Source: Neoechinorhynchus agilis
Taxonomy: Eukaryota > Animalia > Acanthocephala
DNA length: 64,000 nucleotides
Direction: 5' to 3'
Assembly: GCA_051530055.1 (NCBI GenBank)
Contig: CM121341.1
Coordinates: forward strand, 18,516,784 to 18,580,783
The translations under genes and the position numbers were made by a program. Under the pieces are notes generated by a model that saw nothing but the letters and a program-made list of their open reading frames with translations, was not told where the DNA came from and made no database searches. Positions 1 to 13,395 of this stretch are shown here, piece after piece (the stretch's first letter is position 1; every line of letters starts with the position of its first letter).

Positions 1-400
1 TGTGAAATTTGGAGAGGGCGTGTGATTTGGATCCGAAATGGCGGACATCAGCGACTTAGAATTCTGATGTCTTTTGGAAGATCGAGGTAGGATATGAGGT
101 TGCGGGAGATTGATGGGATCGTTTCAAAGCATTCAAAGAAGTTGAGGTAGAGTATGTAATTGGCGCATAAATCGTTTATGTGTGTGATTTCGTTAGAGGT
201 TAAGGAGAGGGAAAGATGGAATGATGATTGGGCGATTAGGGCGAAGATCGTCGGCATACAAGAAAAGCTTAGAGTGAGAGGAAAGAGGTTTAAGTTCGTT
301 GAGGAAATTATATCTGTTGCAGAAATTTTAGGCCGGAAACCAAATTGAATAAGTGCAATTTTTCGATTGAAGATTGGCGGAATTACCCGAGAGCCCATTA
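1..400 (-). mobile_element. L2/CR1-type non-LTR RT fragment (degenerate)
   Basis: Minus-strand translation QFGFRPKISATD (RT region); nucleotide similarity to the element at 24405-25700. Confidence 0.6.
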
Positions 401-1950
401 CATGTCATCCGGACGCTGGCAGCGTTCACACGCTTGACCGCCAGACTCAAGTTTTGTCGCAAGAAAGTGATTGACTGCGGCTCTTTCGTCACACTCGCGA
501 TACGTCGCCCCACTTCAATCACGAATTCCGCTGCGACCTTTCCAAATGCCCCGTAAGTCCCGACTCCGAAGGGCAGGAACAAAAACTGAGAGGCTAACTC
601 ATGATACTTCACGGTCTTAAATTCCTTCGCTCTCGTTGCCGCGACTCCTGCGCCTAATTTAGCGGTCGTTGTATTGCTGTTTGCCAGCGTATCGACGCAT
701 GTTGCGTCCCATAAAAGACATCTGCCACGTGACCAGGGAAAGACCGTTACCCCGTCAGGACGTTTCCCGTCTGAGCGTCAGAGATTATTTCGCGCCAGGA
801 TGCAGGGCACCTGAATCGATCTCAGCGCTCGACTTATGATAGCATTGATTTCAGCATAGCGTGGAAAACGTCCTGCGGACCGCTTACATGAGAGACCGTG
901 TTGCCCCTTGTTGTCCACCGTGACACCACATCGACATTTATGAGTGACGCAAATGTTCATTCCGAATCTGAAGGTCTCATAATCCAGCAAAGTGCCCAAA
1001 TTTGAGGATGGTATAGCACCAAGCTAGGCTCCAGATTATTTGGTCGAACAAGCAGCGAGACGAATCCTAGCCATTTCATCCATCTGGTCTTGTAATTGAG
1101 ATTGAACCCGATGAATGAGTGGAGAATCCCACGCTTGCTGTTTGTTGCTTTTTCTAGGTATCTGTGTTTGCCAGCTTAATGTTGTCCACTTCACAAAAGC
1201 TCGATCGAAATGCTCCGCGTTGATCTCAGGAAAAATATTAGTTGAGTACTTAAGACTAGCACAAAAGGAGGCAAGAAAGGCCGGTAAAGCGACATCTTTA
1301 GTCTGTAGTAGTCCGGAACCCCCCCACTTAATGTCGGTAATGTAGCTTGTCTCCATGATGTATCGTCAAAGGCGATGTTAAGCATTTTCTCCAGATCACC
1401 GCGCAATAGGCAGTCCAATTTATCGAGGTCGTCCGTGTTGTCGAAGGCAGGAACAGTCCTTAGTTTGTGGAGGAGCTTAGGCATGAAGAGGCAGTTCTTA
1501 ATCAAGAAGATTGCTTCATGGCTCTTCAATTCCGATGTTCTCTTGCATATCAACTTTAGCTCTGAAGCGGTCATTTCAATATCCTTTGGCAGATTCTCCT
1601 TCATCACGCAAGATTCCAATAGACGAAGCTTTCTAAGATTAATGGCTTCTATTCCTGGTGCAACCGATGAAAATTCATCCAATATAATTGACTCGTCTTT
1701 TTCCTTCATGTTTAGCAGCAGAATTTGGCACTTTGCGAAATTGAGTTGCAACCCCAGTTCTTTGGTTTTTTCTACGAGTATTTTTAAATCGTCCAGAACT
1801 ATTGCTGGATAGTCTCCCAAAGTTGCGTCGTCAAGATACCAAGTATTGAATTTAGACTTTAAAGATTTAGCAGCGTGATTAACTGCGACTGAGAAACCGA
1901 TGGGGCCCAGGAGGTGTTCACTGTGTATTTTATGCGTCTGGTATGCCACT
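330..1950 (-). mobile_element. CRE-clade non-LTR retrotransposon, 3' fragment (RT end plus restriction-like endonuclease), frameshifted
   Basis: WYLDDATLG (RT), CRCG..HGLSC..R..I (CCHC-like), RSDGKRPDGVTVFPW and LFLPFGVGTYG (RLE) across broken ORFs 1191-1949, 1036-1356, 778-999, 328-612. Confidence 0.85.
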
Positions 1951-2489
1951 TAAATTTAGCATTTGATCCTTTTGCTTTTCAAGTGTTGCTTTTCAAACAA
2001 ACATTTTCCCTTTTTCCTACTCAAGCCTGCGATTTTCGTAACGTAACCGAGAGTTCATATGTGGTTGTAAAGTCATGTAATTCGCTTATCATTAAGCCAA
2101 AGCATAGTAATGAAATATGTTACAATCATAACTCTTTTTAACGTAAAGTTTATAGTGTTCATGCTTAGCCTATGAAATTAATAGCCTTTTTAATAACCAC
2201 TGAGCTCTGCATAAAACCTGTCTTCTCATTTCCAACAGGGAGTTTTTCTGATAACCGACCAGATAATTCAAGTCTTATTGACATCCATAAGCGCTCTAAC
2301 ATGCAATATACCTTAGGTTTTACTTCGTTGTGCGCCGTTTTTCTTTGCGTTAAAGAAAGGTTTCAAATTTTCCCATTTTTAACCGGTTTTTAGATTTCCT
2401 GCCCGATCACAGTTATCTTAGGTTTTCAATCAAATTCATATTGCTTTCTCATTTTTACTCTTGCTCTTTTTTACCGCAATTTTAAAATG

Positions 2490-2800
2490 GGGTAGCCATG
2501 TCTACATGCGTGAGTGGGAGTTAACTTTCTTGGAACTTTGTAGTGATGTAAATAGCTGGTGGCGGTACGTGGATGATGTGTTCATTTTGGCTGATTCAAC
2601 CCACAGCAACGACTCACTAAATGCAATGTAGAATAGTTCAGATCCGCACATACAGTGAACAGTTAAAAGTCATAACGGCAGTGTTGAGAGTTGGTTCCTG
2701 GACGTCCTGATTAAACAGTTAACGCAAGGCAAGGTAACCACCGCTTTATTTCGGAAACCAAACGGGTCATCGGGACCACCACATTGGTCTAGTCGCCGCC
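2490..2800 (+). mobile_element. Penelope-like RT remnant
   Basis: Manual translation WWRYVDDVF...SDPHIQ*T...WFLDVLI...LFRKP, the typical PLE RT C-terminal motifs, with stops. Confidence 0.65.
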
Positions 2801-4244
2801 GTCACTTGGTGTTTCCCGAGAGAATTTATGATCTCAACACCTCACGTCGCGTGGAGTAAGGAAAAAGAGAGGATAGTCAACGAGTTGAAAAATCGCTGAT
2901 CTTGTTCAGGTTGCTTTATATATCGCTACGGTCAACACAATTGAAGAATGCAAAACTTTAGCTTTAAATTATCGGCGGAGTGTTAAAAATCCATGAAAAA
3001 CGTTGCACAACGCAGGAGGACGCCGGCGAACATTCTGTCACCGAATCTCGGGAACGGCGATACCGCGAACCCGAGCCATACAGTACAAAACGACTAAAAC
3101 TATTATAAAATGACCGATGAGGTGAGGCTTCCTCGCGAAATATTTAATATCAATAAAATTTCTTTTAGTGGCGAATTATCATCATCACAATTCAACCTTA
3201 ATCAACCCGAAGGATTTTCTCTCTGTGATAAAGCTTTTAAAGCATTTTACTGTGCTGCCTAGATTTAATCTTACAAACAATAATCTTCCTCTAGAATCCA
3301 CTTGAAAAGCAGGCATAATGTGCGTCGATCGATTATTCTACTTTAATTTTAAACTATTGCGGACATACGTGACTTATTAGTGAACCAAAAGTGTGTGAAA
3401 GTTCAAAATTTTAAGTACTCCCCTCTCCATACTAGCAAATAATTTAATAGTTGAAATTACTTGTGCACGAAAATCGAGTCCGTCAACTTTTGTTTTTCGT
3501 AGATTTCCAACGTAAAGTCTAGTGCACTCAGTCTATCCAATGAGCTTAACAAGTCCACACATGCTGCCATCATAAAATTATTTTTGAACAGGGTTAAATT
3601 TCATAAATTTACCCGTAGATCGCACGTAGCTCCATGTTTCGTAATTCCGAGTAACGATAGATTGACAATGAGTTATTAGGAATAGATATCGAGATAACAT
3701 TTGATCGCTGCTTATGCACAATGAGTTATTATTGCACAAAATACTTCATGTACTAACTTTAAAGATTGTCGGACGAAATGTTCAAAAATTTGCACAGGAT
3801 TAGGAGAGAAATATTTGTACATCAGACAATTTTCGATACATTGAATCAATCGCTAAACAGGAACGCATGCTGCAAATCGATAAAATTCTCTCCCTGAGAG
3901 ATCATTTGGGCAATCAGAAAAAGCGATTTAGTCGCGCTAAGCTTCGAGTTTCGGCTAATAAACGACTATATTGAAAAACTTTCAAAGACGCGTAATTGAA
4001 TCGGACCGCATTCGTTTTTTAGTTTCCTGAAGTATGCAATAGATTGAATCTTGTGAATTTTACCTCCCCTTTAATTTCTAATAAAAAATTTCTTTCATGT
4101 AGCACAAAAAGACAAAGGATATAAGCTCCTTAAGGGCCGCGCTAATAGCATCTTACCGATCGAGTTGGCAACTTTATCACAGATTTTTCACTACGGTCTT
4201 CAAATCTGTATCGCTGGATATAAAACTTAGATGGAGTGATTAAT

Positions 4245-5002
4245 CTAAAACAAGCTTACCTCTAATTCATAATACACTACGATTAACGACCATAAATCAT
4301 GAACAATCATCTTAGTCTGACATTTTAAAGGAAATGTTGACCTTTGGCAACTCCAAGGGCAAACAGAACATGACAGTCGTGTAGCTATCTTGTTCAACAT
4401 TGACCCATTAGTCTTTATAAGACCGTGTTCAAGCAATTCCATTAGTGATTTGCAAAATCGTGAGCATCGGAATTCAACAAATTTCTTAAATCCAACTACT
4501 TCATCTTTCATTAACTGTGTTTCACTGAAGCAATCAATGAGTGATTCAATATTTAACTCAGTTTCGGCTCTCAGATTTCCATAATGACGTTCGGCTTCGC
4601 GATCTAATTTACTGCATTTATTTGATAACGTCGGCGAAATCGTGGAGAAAAGTATTTGTGTTGTTAATTCAGAAGTCGTTTTCGCCAGCAATAATGTTTG
4701 GTTCATTCTTTCCATAAGCCCCTGGGAAACATTTTTCGTATGAATCTAAAATTCCCGTTACTGTACTATGGGTCAAGAATTGTAATGACCTTAGTTTCAT
4801 CAATTGTACCAGTGGAAACAAAGCAACTCTTGGTTAACTGATTATTTGTGTTTAAAGATGAATCAATTTGGCTTTCCATAAAATTTCCATTTTTAATCTC
4901 ATTTTGAACATTTGCTGGATGCATAGATATGTAATGTTCGAGATCCCTTAGATGCTCTCGCAATTTTCTTAAGACATCTTTTTGGTCAGTTGAGCACTTC
5001 AT
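4245..5002 (-). CDS. Unknown protein, at least 2 exons
   Basis: ORFs 4766-5002 and 4245-4715 join in frame through AAG|gtcatt...ttttag|ATT; no recognisable domain; ends uncertain. Confidence 0.4.
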
Positions 5003-7719
5003 TCCTTGTATAAATAACTCTTTTGGATCCTAATCGATTTTTAGGCAAATAATAATATCTCAGCAAAAAAGAATTTAAGCACTCAAAGGAACAAAGTCAA
5101 AATAAGCTGCATGAAATTCACCCTCGATCCCAAAGTAAATGTAGGGCGCAAAATGAATACTTCGACGTAGAATCCTTTTGCACTTCTAAAAATGAACTTA
5201 CAGTTAATAGCGTTTCTGGAATCGATTTCTGTGCAAACTCCTCCAATTCATGAAGCATCTCCTAAAAGAATGTTCAGATCATAATACAAAAGCAACATTA
5301 TATACGCTCCGTTTATCCGGCGGTGCGGCCTTCGCTTCTTTAAGTCTGAGCTGAAGCCTTGCAATATGATTTGTCAAGGCTTGTACATAGATTTGAATGC
5401 TTTGTGATTTGATTTCCGGACTATAATTCATTTAGCAAAGATAGAGTAACCGACGCCCACTGAGACTTACTTCATTATTTGAACGTTTAATGTGGGAGCG
5501 TATAAGCGAAGATTTAGATTTGAATATCTACGTAGGTGGAATAACGCTAAACGAACTTTTAATCGCATTCTGCAGCACCTCACTGGTGTAGTGACAAGCT
5601 TTTCATGCATTCATAAATCAATAATACGGCCTGTCTCTCCCGAGAAACGCACATACAAGCATGAAAATACTCAACGAGTAGCTTAAACATTGTGTTTTTC
5701 GGACTTGAGTCCTTAATACCAACATTACTTTTTTGTCGCACAAATAGAACGTATGAATAGTGCTTCGAATATTTTTGCAATTGGTAAAGTCGCACAAACT
5801 GTGGAATTTTTTAACTTTAAATATATTCGGAAAATTTTCGAAATTCCATTAACTTTATTTTATCTTTCTACAACGTGTCCTTAGAGTGAGTTTCAGCTGA
5901 AATCGTAAGACTTACTTTTCAGAGCATTAAACACTTGCGCAGTTAAGGGAACTGTCATGACCACCATTAGTTTCACCCCTTTTAACGCAAGATTGCGAGA
6001 TCATTTTCAAACGAAAAGCATGCTGATGAGTTGGTAGTTTGAATTCAATATCAAAATAATAACTTGATAGTTTTTGGAAATGAACATTGGATAACAATCA
6101 AGCGAAGATAACTTTTGGAATGACACATTTTGTAATTGAAGACCTTGAAATCGATTGCTAGTTGTTTGTACGTTGATCTAATAAATAAAACAGACGAACG
6201 TCTCAATTTACAGTGTTGGATCATTATTTTCGATGACGTTCCTATTTATCGATGGAATTCGCTACGCAAAAAACTATAAAATTGATTTCTTGTATGAAAA
6301 GTTCCTAATATTGTGAGATCAAAATGACTTTATAAATTGAACAATAAACAAATATATACGTGATACTTTTTCGAATACTTTGATCCTTGCATAGTTCATC
6401 AAAGGCATACTATAGGGCAAAAGCAATCTATAAAGATTCACTAACCTTAGCTCTATATTATCTATATGTTCGGCATTTTACTTTCATTGCAAATGTACAA
6501 CGGCCAATGATGATTAAGTGCACGCTAACGGTTACCGCCGAACTATGGTACCAAAGCAGTGGTCAGTTATTTTCGATAAGATGAGGAATGTCATTTGGAG
6601 ACATTCGCGTAGAACCGACCGTCTCGAACCTTCCTTGCATCTCAGATTTACCGGGACATTATCTTCGGATACCTTGTCTTTTCACGAAAATTGTAGATGA
6701 GACGCCGACAAAATCAAAATTTAAAATCCAGCAGTGAAGTCACAAGCGTCGAAAATAAATCGCAAAAAGGTAAGAATAAATCAGGTTGTGGGCTATTGAA
6801 ATCACTTTATATACAAGACGTAAAACCTGAGACCAGACAGCCAGATTGGCCAGCGCAGCTAAGTCAATCCTTGGCACGTAATCGCGATGCAGAGCAAATT
6901 ATTGGAGATCATCTGGATCATTTTGTAGAAAAACTAAAGAGTGCGGCCCTTAAGCAACTCGAGGAAACTAACTTTATGTACAAGGACGACGAGTTTACTG
7001 ATTTATGAATTCGGTAAGCCGAACAAAGTCTTTGTTCGGAAAGAAGAGAATCAGCGCTTTATAAATCTTGACTTTTTATTTTGTTAATTGCGTTTACATG
7101 CAATTGGAACAAAGCGATTTTATTTAAACAGTTTGTCATACATTCATAATTAAGTATAAAATAATTTAGAGACTCAATACCTGCACTCGTAATCGTACCA
7201 CTCCATCTCAGGACACAGATCCTCCTTTGTAAAAAGAATTCCCTCGCAGCCAGACTTTATTCCGAAACTGTAACACGGACTCTTCTTAAATCGAATATCA
7301 TTCTGATTGCATCCAAATGAATTAAAGATTTTTATGTTGTTAAAAGTTCCATATTTCGAGGCGGGACACGGATTGACAAAGGTGTCCTTGCACTTTTTGT
7401 TCAGCTGCGATCCTGAAGGCATTTGGAGTATTTGAAGACTACGAAGGATGTTAGGAGTTTGTCGGGTACACCGATAATAAGTGAATTATTAAATATATTG
7501 TTACTATGGTGAATTTAGTGAAAAATCGAATTTTAGAAAAAAGGCCACTTTCGGGAAATATTTTTCGAAAAAATCGATCTTGCTTCTCTGCTATAAGAGA
7601 TCAGTTTGGCTCCATGTCTAAAAATGAAAATAAGCAGAGGAAGGGATGCTATAAAAATACTGGAATCATTAAACTATTGGACGTGTCAAACAATCTTATC
7701 GTCTACATCGGACAAATAA

Positions 7720-8367
7720 ACGAGTTCTGTAGTTCGAAATTTATCATCTCGATAAAAATTTACTTTAATAAATTTGTGCTTTTATTGTCGGCGATAATTT
7801 ATAATTTTACAAAAAGTAATGTTTTTTAACAATAAACGTACGATATTAGCAATGATATGTTTTTCATTAAAAGATCATTAGAGAGTTTGATTTAAACAGC
7901 AGCATTTTTTCATCTTGATGATTATTCATGAATAAATGATCATAGAAATAAAAATATAGAACATTTTATTAGTAGGATTTACATATTTTTCACATTTTCG
8001 AATTAGTACAACTTAGAGGACCTTCAGAATATTAGAAAACAAATTTTGACGACAAAAATTAATGAATCCAAAGTTGGATGATTTATTTGGTTCGTTTTTG
8101 TTAATGGCCTTAAATAATTTTCTTTAAACGAAGATAATATTCTATTTATTTATAAATATGTTTTCAAACCCGGTGAGAATCGGTCATTTTATTTGTAAGC
8201 ATAGTCCCGAGTATGAAATGAAGATAGGAACGTCGCTCAAGTGTAGTTTACCTGCGAAATACTGCGATAATTTTGCATTTAGTATTTGGAACATAAAAGC
8301 ACGGTATTGTTTAGTTTTTTAAAACATCTAAAATGATTCTCAGCTTAAGCATTTCGCATTTCGGAAG
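7720..8367 (+). repeat. ~650-bp direct duplication, copy 1
   Basis: Highly similar to 13396-14042 (e.g. tttatcatctc...aaagcacggtattgtttag...gcatttcg). Confidence 0.9.
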
Positions 8368-8806
8368 TACATAGTTGTGGAATATATAAGGTTCTTAATG
8401 CTTGTTGGATATTTTATTTACCAACATATCTAAGGTGGCAACAATTTCCATCAACCACAGCTTTTCGTAAAACCTTCGATCGAGCTTTGAAATGAAGGAA
8501 GGGCATTCTCTACGGTGTATACCAATCATCTCCTTTCTAATGAATATTTACTCATACTTTATGAACTTACTATGAGACATTAAAGATCCATGAGAAGGAA
8601 TTTTGAAAGTTGATGACTGAAAAATAAATGCAACGTTAGTGAATTTAAAATATGAACCACGAAGTGTACCAATTCGCATGTTTACAAATAATTTCGAATA
8701 ATGCTTTCTTTAAAATTGTGCACATCGCTTTATCAAGCTGAATGTTTTCTGAACACCCTGTTGTAACTTGATGATTGGCGCGTGGTATGATGTTCTGTTG
8801 CACATT

Positions 8807-9968
8807 CTAAAACTCCAATATCATTTCCGTTATCCAGTCAACATTGTTAACAATATCCGCGAAGAAATTCCTTTTGTTATCTTTGTTGCATAAAGGGTAT
8901 CCATAACTCGCGACCCCAAATATATAATAGCGAAGTTCTGGACTGTGCCAAAAACTGTTCCGTATTTTTCCTTCGCATGCAAGAGGCGTTCCACTGTCAC
9001 CTTCGCAAATATTCATACCTTTATCGTTTTCCACCATTACTACGTGACTCTTAAAATTAGGAAATTGATCGGCGATAATAATACCTCAAGCTGATTAATT
9101 TCGTGATTTTTGACACCGATACCTTACTTTTAATTGCTGATAGCGACGGTTGATCGTTTCGCTCGCTTGTTTTTCCCCATCCAGCGATATTACAAGACGT
9201 TCCGTTCAGAAACTCGGTGTCAGGTGGAGGTAAGCAAATCGCTTTCACATTATCGCTAAACCAGATTGGGATTTTTAGCTTGATTAAGAGTAGGTCGTCA
9301 CTTGTCGTATTGCTATCGAATAAATGAAAATGAGGATTCGGAATGTACTTCTCAATCAGAAACCTTCTAGCGGGCTTCCCTCCAATTGATAAATCGACGA
9401 AGCGAGGTTTAATAAATTCTATCTCTCAGTAAATCTCACAAGGTGCCCTTTCAGTGTGTTTTGGTGAGATTCAAAAGGTATTCCACGATCATAAAAAGAA
9501 CCAACAAAACAATGAGCAGCCGTGATAATCCATTGGCGGTGGATCATTGCACCAGCGCAGAGCATTTTTATCGTTGGAGCGACCCATACATCTATTCGAA
9601 CCTGACGAAAAATCATGATAATTATATCAAAATTATCTTTTAAAAATACTTACCAACCATGGAAATTCTCCCTGGACACAGCGATTCCGATTCATAAATG
9701 GATTTTCAAGGATCATCTTTTTTCGTTTTCCACAATTACCAAAACCGAATCGTAGGTATTTACTGTGTTGCGCGATGATATTATCACTTATGAGTGCTAC
9801 ACATTTTACATTCCCTTTTATATTATCTTTGCATGGTCTTACTGAACAAAATTTTTGATTTTCAATTTTGAACTGAAAGCAGTGCTTGCATCTTGACCAT
9901 TTGTTCGTTTTGGCAGCAATAAACAATGTAATTGAGACGCAAAATAAGATAAGTTCATTAATGACCAT
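8807..9968 (-). CDS. Secreted S1 (chymotrypsin-fold) serine protease, 4 exons
   Basis: Signal-like N-terminus; GEFPWLV, TAAHC, DDLLLIKL, GWG, CEGDSG (triad intact). GT-AG introns 9602-9653 and 9085-9127; middle junction near 9420-9478 is ambiguous (see findings). Confidence 0.85.
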
Positions 9969-10163
9969 GTCTTCTTAAAAGTAAGTAACACGTTTGTGAA
10001 AACTAAAAGTTGAGCGGCATTCCTAAAAGTATTCTTTTTTGTAAAATGCTACTAACACGTGTCAAACGGTCGCTGAACTTCCAATTTTTGCAAGAAAAAT
10101 CTGAAGGAATTTTTAAAACGAAATGTTATTGTTTGATTACAAAATAATTTATACTTTCATCAA

Positions 10164-10275
10164 CGCTCCTATTCATCGGCGCTGGCCAAAATGCTAGCCG
10201 CATTGCCCCGCTGCACCGCAATGCTTATTTTTTGCGCCAAGAACGACGTCGATCTTGGCTCTCCAGTCGCTGCGT
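10164..10275. repeat. ~110-bp GC-rich interspersed repeat with two hairpins, copy 1
   Basis: Near-identical to 49538-49649; hairpins GCATTGC..GCAATGC and CCAAGA..TCTTGG. Confidence 0.85.
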
Positions 10276-11401
10276 AAATTCGTTTCCCCAAATGAATTTT
10301 TTAAATCTAGCAGACAAATATCAAAACGACTGTCGTCGAATATTAAGGTTACCACCAATTTCGCATCTCAATTGTATTCTATTAAATCAAAAGAATTACT
10401 AAGCATTAAACTTGCTAGAACCTAGTGCTCTGAGCTGTTTGTTTATTCGCGTCAAATCATCAATTTTCTTCTTTGAGTATTGTCGATTTTTCTTTGCGCA
10501 AAAATGTTTAAGACTATAATGCTTTCTATAATGCGCAAATCGTTTGTAGAATAAAGAGTATTAAATTTAATAACTATCGGATTCTACAATTTTCACCTTA
10601 CTTCTGACAAAAGCTTTTCATCTCCAACTAATCTATAGAACTCAAATTTGTTTAGTCACGATTTTGATGCATACTTAACGCCTAATATTTTCACCGTAAA
10701 CTGTTGATTATTTCTCAACAATATAGACGAAAACTATAAAACAAAAGCCTAACCGTGCAGTGGATAGTCGACTTTGAAATTTTAATCAATTTCATACACA
10801 CAGCAAATAATATGTTAAAAATTAGCAATACGTATCCTTTTGAAATGACTTGATCGTGCATAAATGCTTCTCGGTTTGTAATGTCTTCGCGATTCGCTAT
10901 ACTCACATAGACTCTTCAACTTGTCATGCAGGATAAAACGACAGGTAATTGTATATATTAAGACGAAATTCGAGCATGAGTCTACCTTTCAATTATAAAG
11001 ATTGGGCTTATTTAAGCAAGTTAATCGATTGAAAATAAATTTATTTTTGACCGATATTTCGGAGTTTTGCTCGATCCCATGTTGATAAGTTGGTCGATTG
11101 TCGACTGAAAGCAAGTTAAATTGCTTAACTTGCTCAAATAAGGGCAATCGAAAATGATAACATGCGGTTGAAAAATCAATTGACAATCCACCAACTGATC
11201 ATTTACAAAGGCTTCAAATTGCGTGACGGATTTGCCAATTTTTTGACATCGCAGAGTCATTAACCACTACGGAGTTTTGCACAAAAAGTCGCTTGCATTT
11301 CTTAGAATTCTAAAGATAACGCATTGCTAAAAAGGTTACTCACATTAACCCCTGTTATAAGTACTAGGGCATTTTCGAAGAAATCTTCTCAACTAAGTAC
11401 A

Positions 11402-13333
11402 ATGCTCTTGACGCGTTTCTTCTTGTCGAGCTTATTGATAACATATTTGTTGCTATCTGCATTGGTCAATGGCGACGAAGTGGAACATCAATGTGCTCAG
11501 TTTGGTGCCAACAAAGGTTATGAAATTTTCATTTATTGTGGAAAAGGAATTATCGGATCACCGCTAATTGACCTTATCATCCGTGTAAGAGAGAAGCCCG
11601 AAGCTAACAGTATTATCGTTGAAGGTGCACATTTGAACGAAATCCCAATCGATTTGGCTTTTATTATTCCTCACAATGACGCGTTCTTTTATATGCCAGG
11701 AAAACAATCTAATGGACTGTCGACTCTGACTAGATCTTCAATGAGAAGGTTCAAACATCTCAAAAAACTTCGCATCCAGGGTGGATTAATCAAAAAGATC
11801 AAAGACAACGCATTTCTTGGATTTCGCAATCTTGAGGAACTCAATTTAATGGAAAATGCGATATACCGGCTTGGCGTAAGAATGAACGCCCATTTGCCGC
11901 AATTGCATACTCTCATCCTTTCTAACAATCGTTTGAAGGACGATAGCTTTGAGATAATCGCAAAAATGACTAATTTGAAAACTCTCGATGTGTCCAATAA
12001 TCTCATTGAGAATGCCAAATTTGGTGATGGTTCGAGTTTAGCAAAGCTTGAAGAAGTAAGCGTGTATGGTAATCCACTTAAATCATTTTATATTAAACCG
12101 GCTAATATGCGTTCTTTGGAATTTTCGAATTCTGGTGATCTAGCAGATTTCTTCAAGCAAAATTGTAGCTTTCTCAAGCTGTCCAAGCTTATAGTTCACG
12201 GTGGAACTACCAGCTTTATCAACTCTCGTATGTTGAAGATGGCACCGAATATTCAGAACTTTGGTATTTTGGACGCGAATTTGCAAAGTGTTCCAAAAGG
12301 TAATTCGTTTACAAGAGCAAACATGGTATCGCTTAACTTCAAGGGAAATCGAATTTCCGCGTTGCGTTCGAACGACCTATACCATTGGCAAAGTCTTAGG
12401 AAACTTGATTTGTCGTACAATGACATCGAAGTGATTGATGAAGAGGCATTATGGAACTTAAAAGAATTAACATCTCTCAATCTAAACGGAAACAGAATAA
12501 GTGATCTGCCACTAAACCTCTTCAAAAATAATGTCAATCTAAAAGTGTTATCGTTGGCAAAAAATAATTTGGAATCGTTCAATCCCGAATTAATTGAAGA
12601 TATTCCACAGGTTGCTTATATGTCAATAGCAAAAAACAATGTTTGCGAGCTAGTGATTAATAAAAATGACACAAACCGAGTGGGATATGTGGCAATAAGT
12701 GACAACAGTATTTCGATTGTAACTTACGACAAGATTCGAACTACAAGGGCAAAAATGGATATGGCGCAGCGAATTGATGAAATTCCAAAATCTATTGCGA
12801 CAACCTTAAATCTTACCGTGCAACCTTCAGAAAATATGACCTTCTTTGTATTGAACGCATCCTCACTTGGCTTGAAAGCTATAAAGGATATCCATAATTT
12901 TGATGGATACACGGTCATCAAATCAATTGATATGAGTCACAACGAAATCTCGCGTATATATCCTTATGATTTTTTGGGTCTTGAAGACCTAAAATTTCTA
13001 AGTCTTCAATTCAACCAAATCGAAACCATACTTCGTGGCACATTTGCACGTTTAAGAAAACTAATCGCTTTGGATCTTAGTCATAACAAGCTTACCGATA
13101 TCGACAATGAAGACTCTTTTCGTGGATTGAACAACTTAATTATCCTTAGCCTTTCAAATAATGTGCTTAATTCGATACCTTCGAAAGCTTTGTCTGAATT
13201 AAAAAGCTTGACACTATTGGACCTGTCAAACAATCCTATCGCCCACTTATTTAACGCCCCGTTCTTAAAAATGAAATCAATTGGGCAAATAAACGTTAAT
13301 GGAACAAGCTTAGAAATCGTTTTTGATTTCTAG
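11402..13333 (+). CDS. Secreted leucine-rich repeat protein (~643 aa), single long exon
   Basis: First ATG at 11402 gives signal peptide MLLTRFFLSSLLITYLLLSALVNG; many LxxLxLxxNxI repeats (LRKLDLSYNDI, LIALDLSHNKL); no TM or TIR in the ORF. Confidence 0.9.
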   Translation: MLLTRFFLSSLLITYLLLSALVNGDEVEHQCAQFGANKGYEIFIYCGKGIIGSPLIDLIIRVREKPEANSIIVEGAHLNEIPIDLAFIIPHNDAFFYMPGKQSNGLSTLTRSSMRRFKHLKKLRIQGGLIKKIKDNAFLGFRNLEELNLMENAIYRLGVRMNAHLPQLHTLILSNNRLKDDSFEIIAKMTNLKTLDVSNNLIENAKFGDGSSLAKLEEVSVYGNPLKSFYIKPANMRSLEFSNSGDLADFFKQNCSFLKLSKLIVHGGTTSFINSRMLKMAPNIQNFGILDANLQSVPKGNSFTRANMVSLNFKGNRISALRSNDLYHWQSLRKLDLSYNDIEVIDEEALWNLKELTSLNLNGNRISDLPLNLFKNNVNLKVLSLAKNNLESFNPELIEDIPQVAYMSIAKNNVCELVINKNDTNRVGYVAISDNSISIVTYDKIRTTRAKMDMAQRIDEIPKSIATTLNLTVQPSENMTFFVLNASSLGLKAIKDIHNFDGYTVIKSIDMSHNEISRIYPYDFLGLEDLKFLSLQFNQIETILRGTFARLRKLIALDLSHNKLTDIDNEDSFRGLNNLIILSLSNNVLNSIPSKALSELKSLTLLDLSNNPIAHLFNAPFLKMKSIGQINVNGTSLEIVFDF

Positions 13334-13395
13334 AACATTTGCAATTGGTATAACAATTTTTAGACCATATATTTTTGCGATTAAATAATGTCGTG

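Noticed and set aside
9085-9127. Protease intron with a GTA repeat at both ends
   Set aside because: Standard gtaagg...ttgag intron; the repeat is just the proto-splice-site pattern
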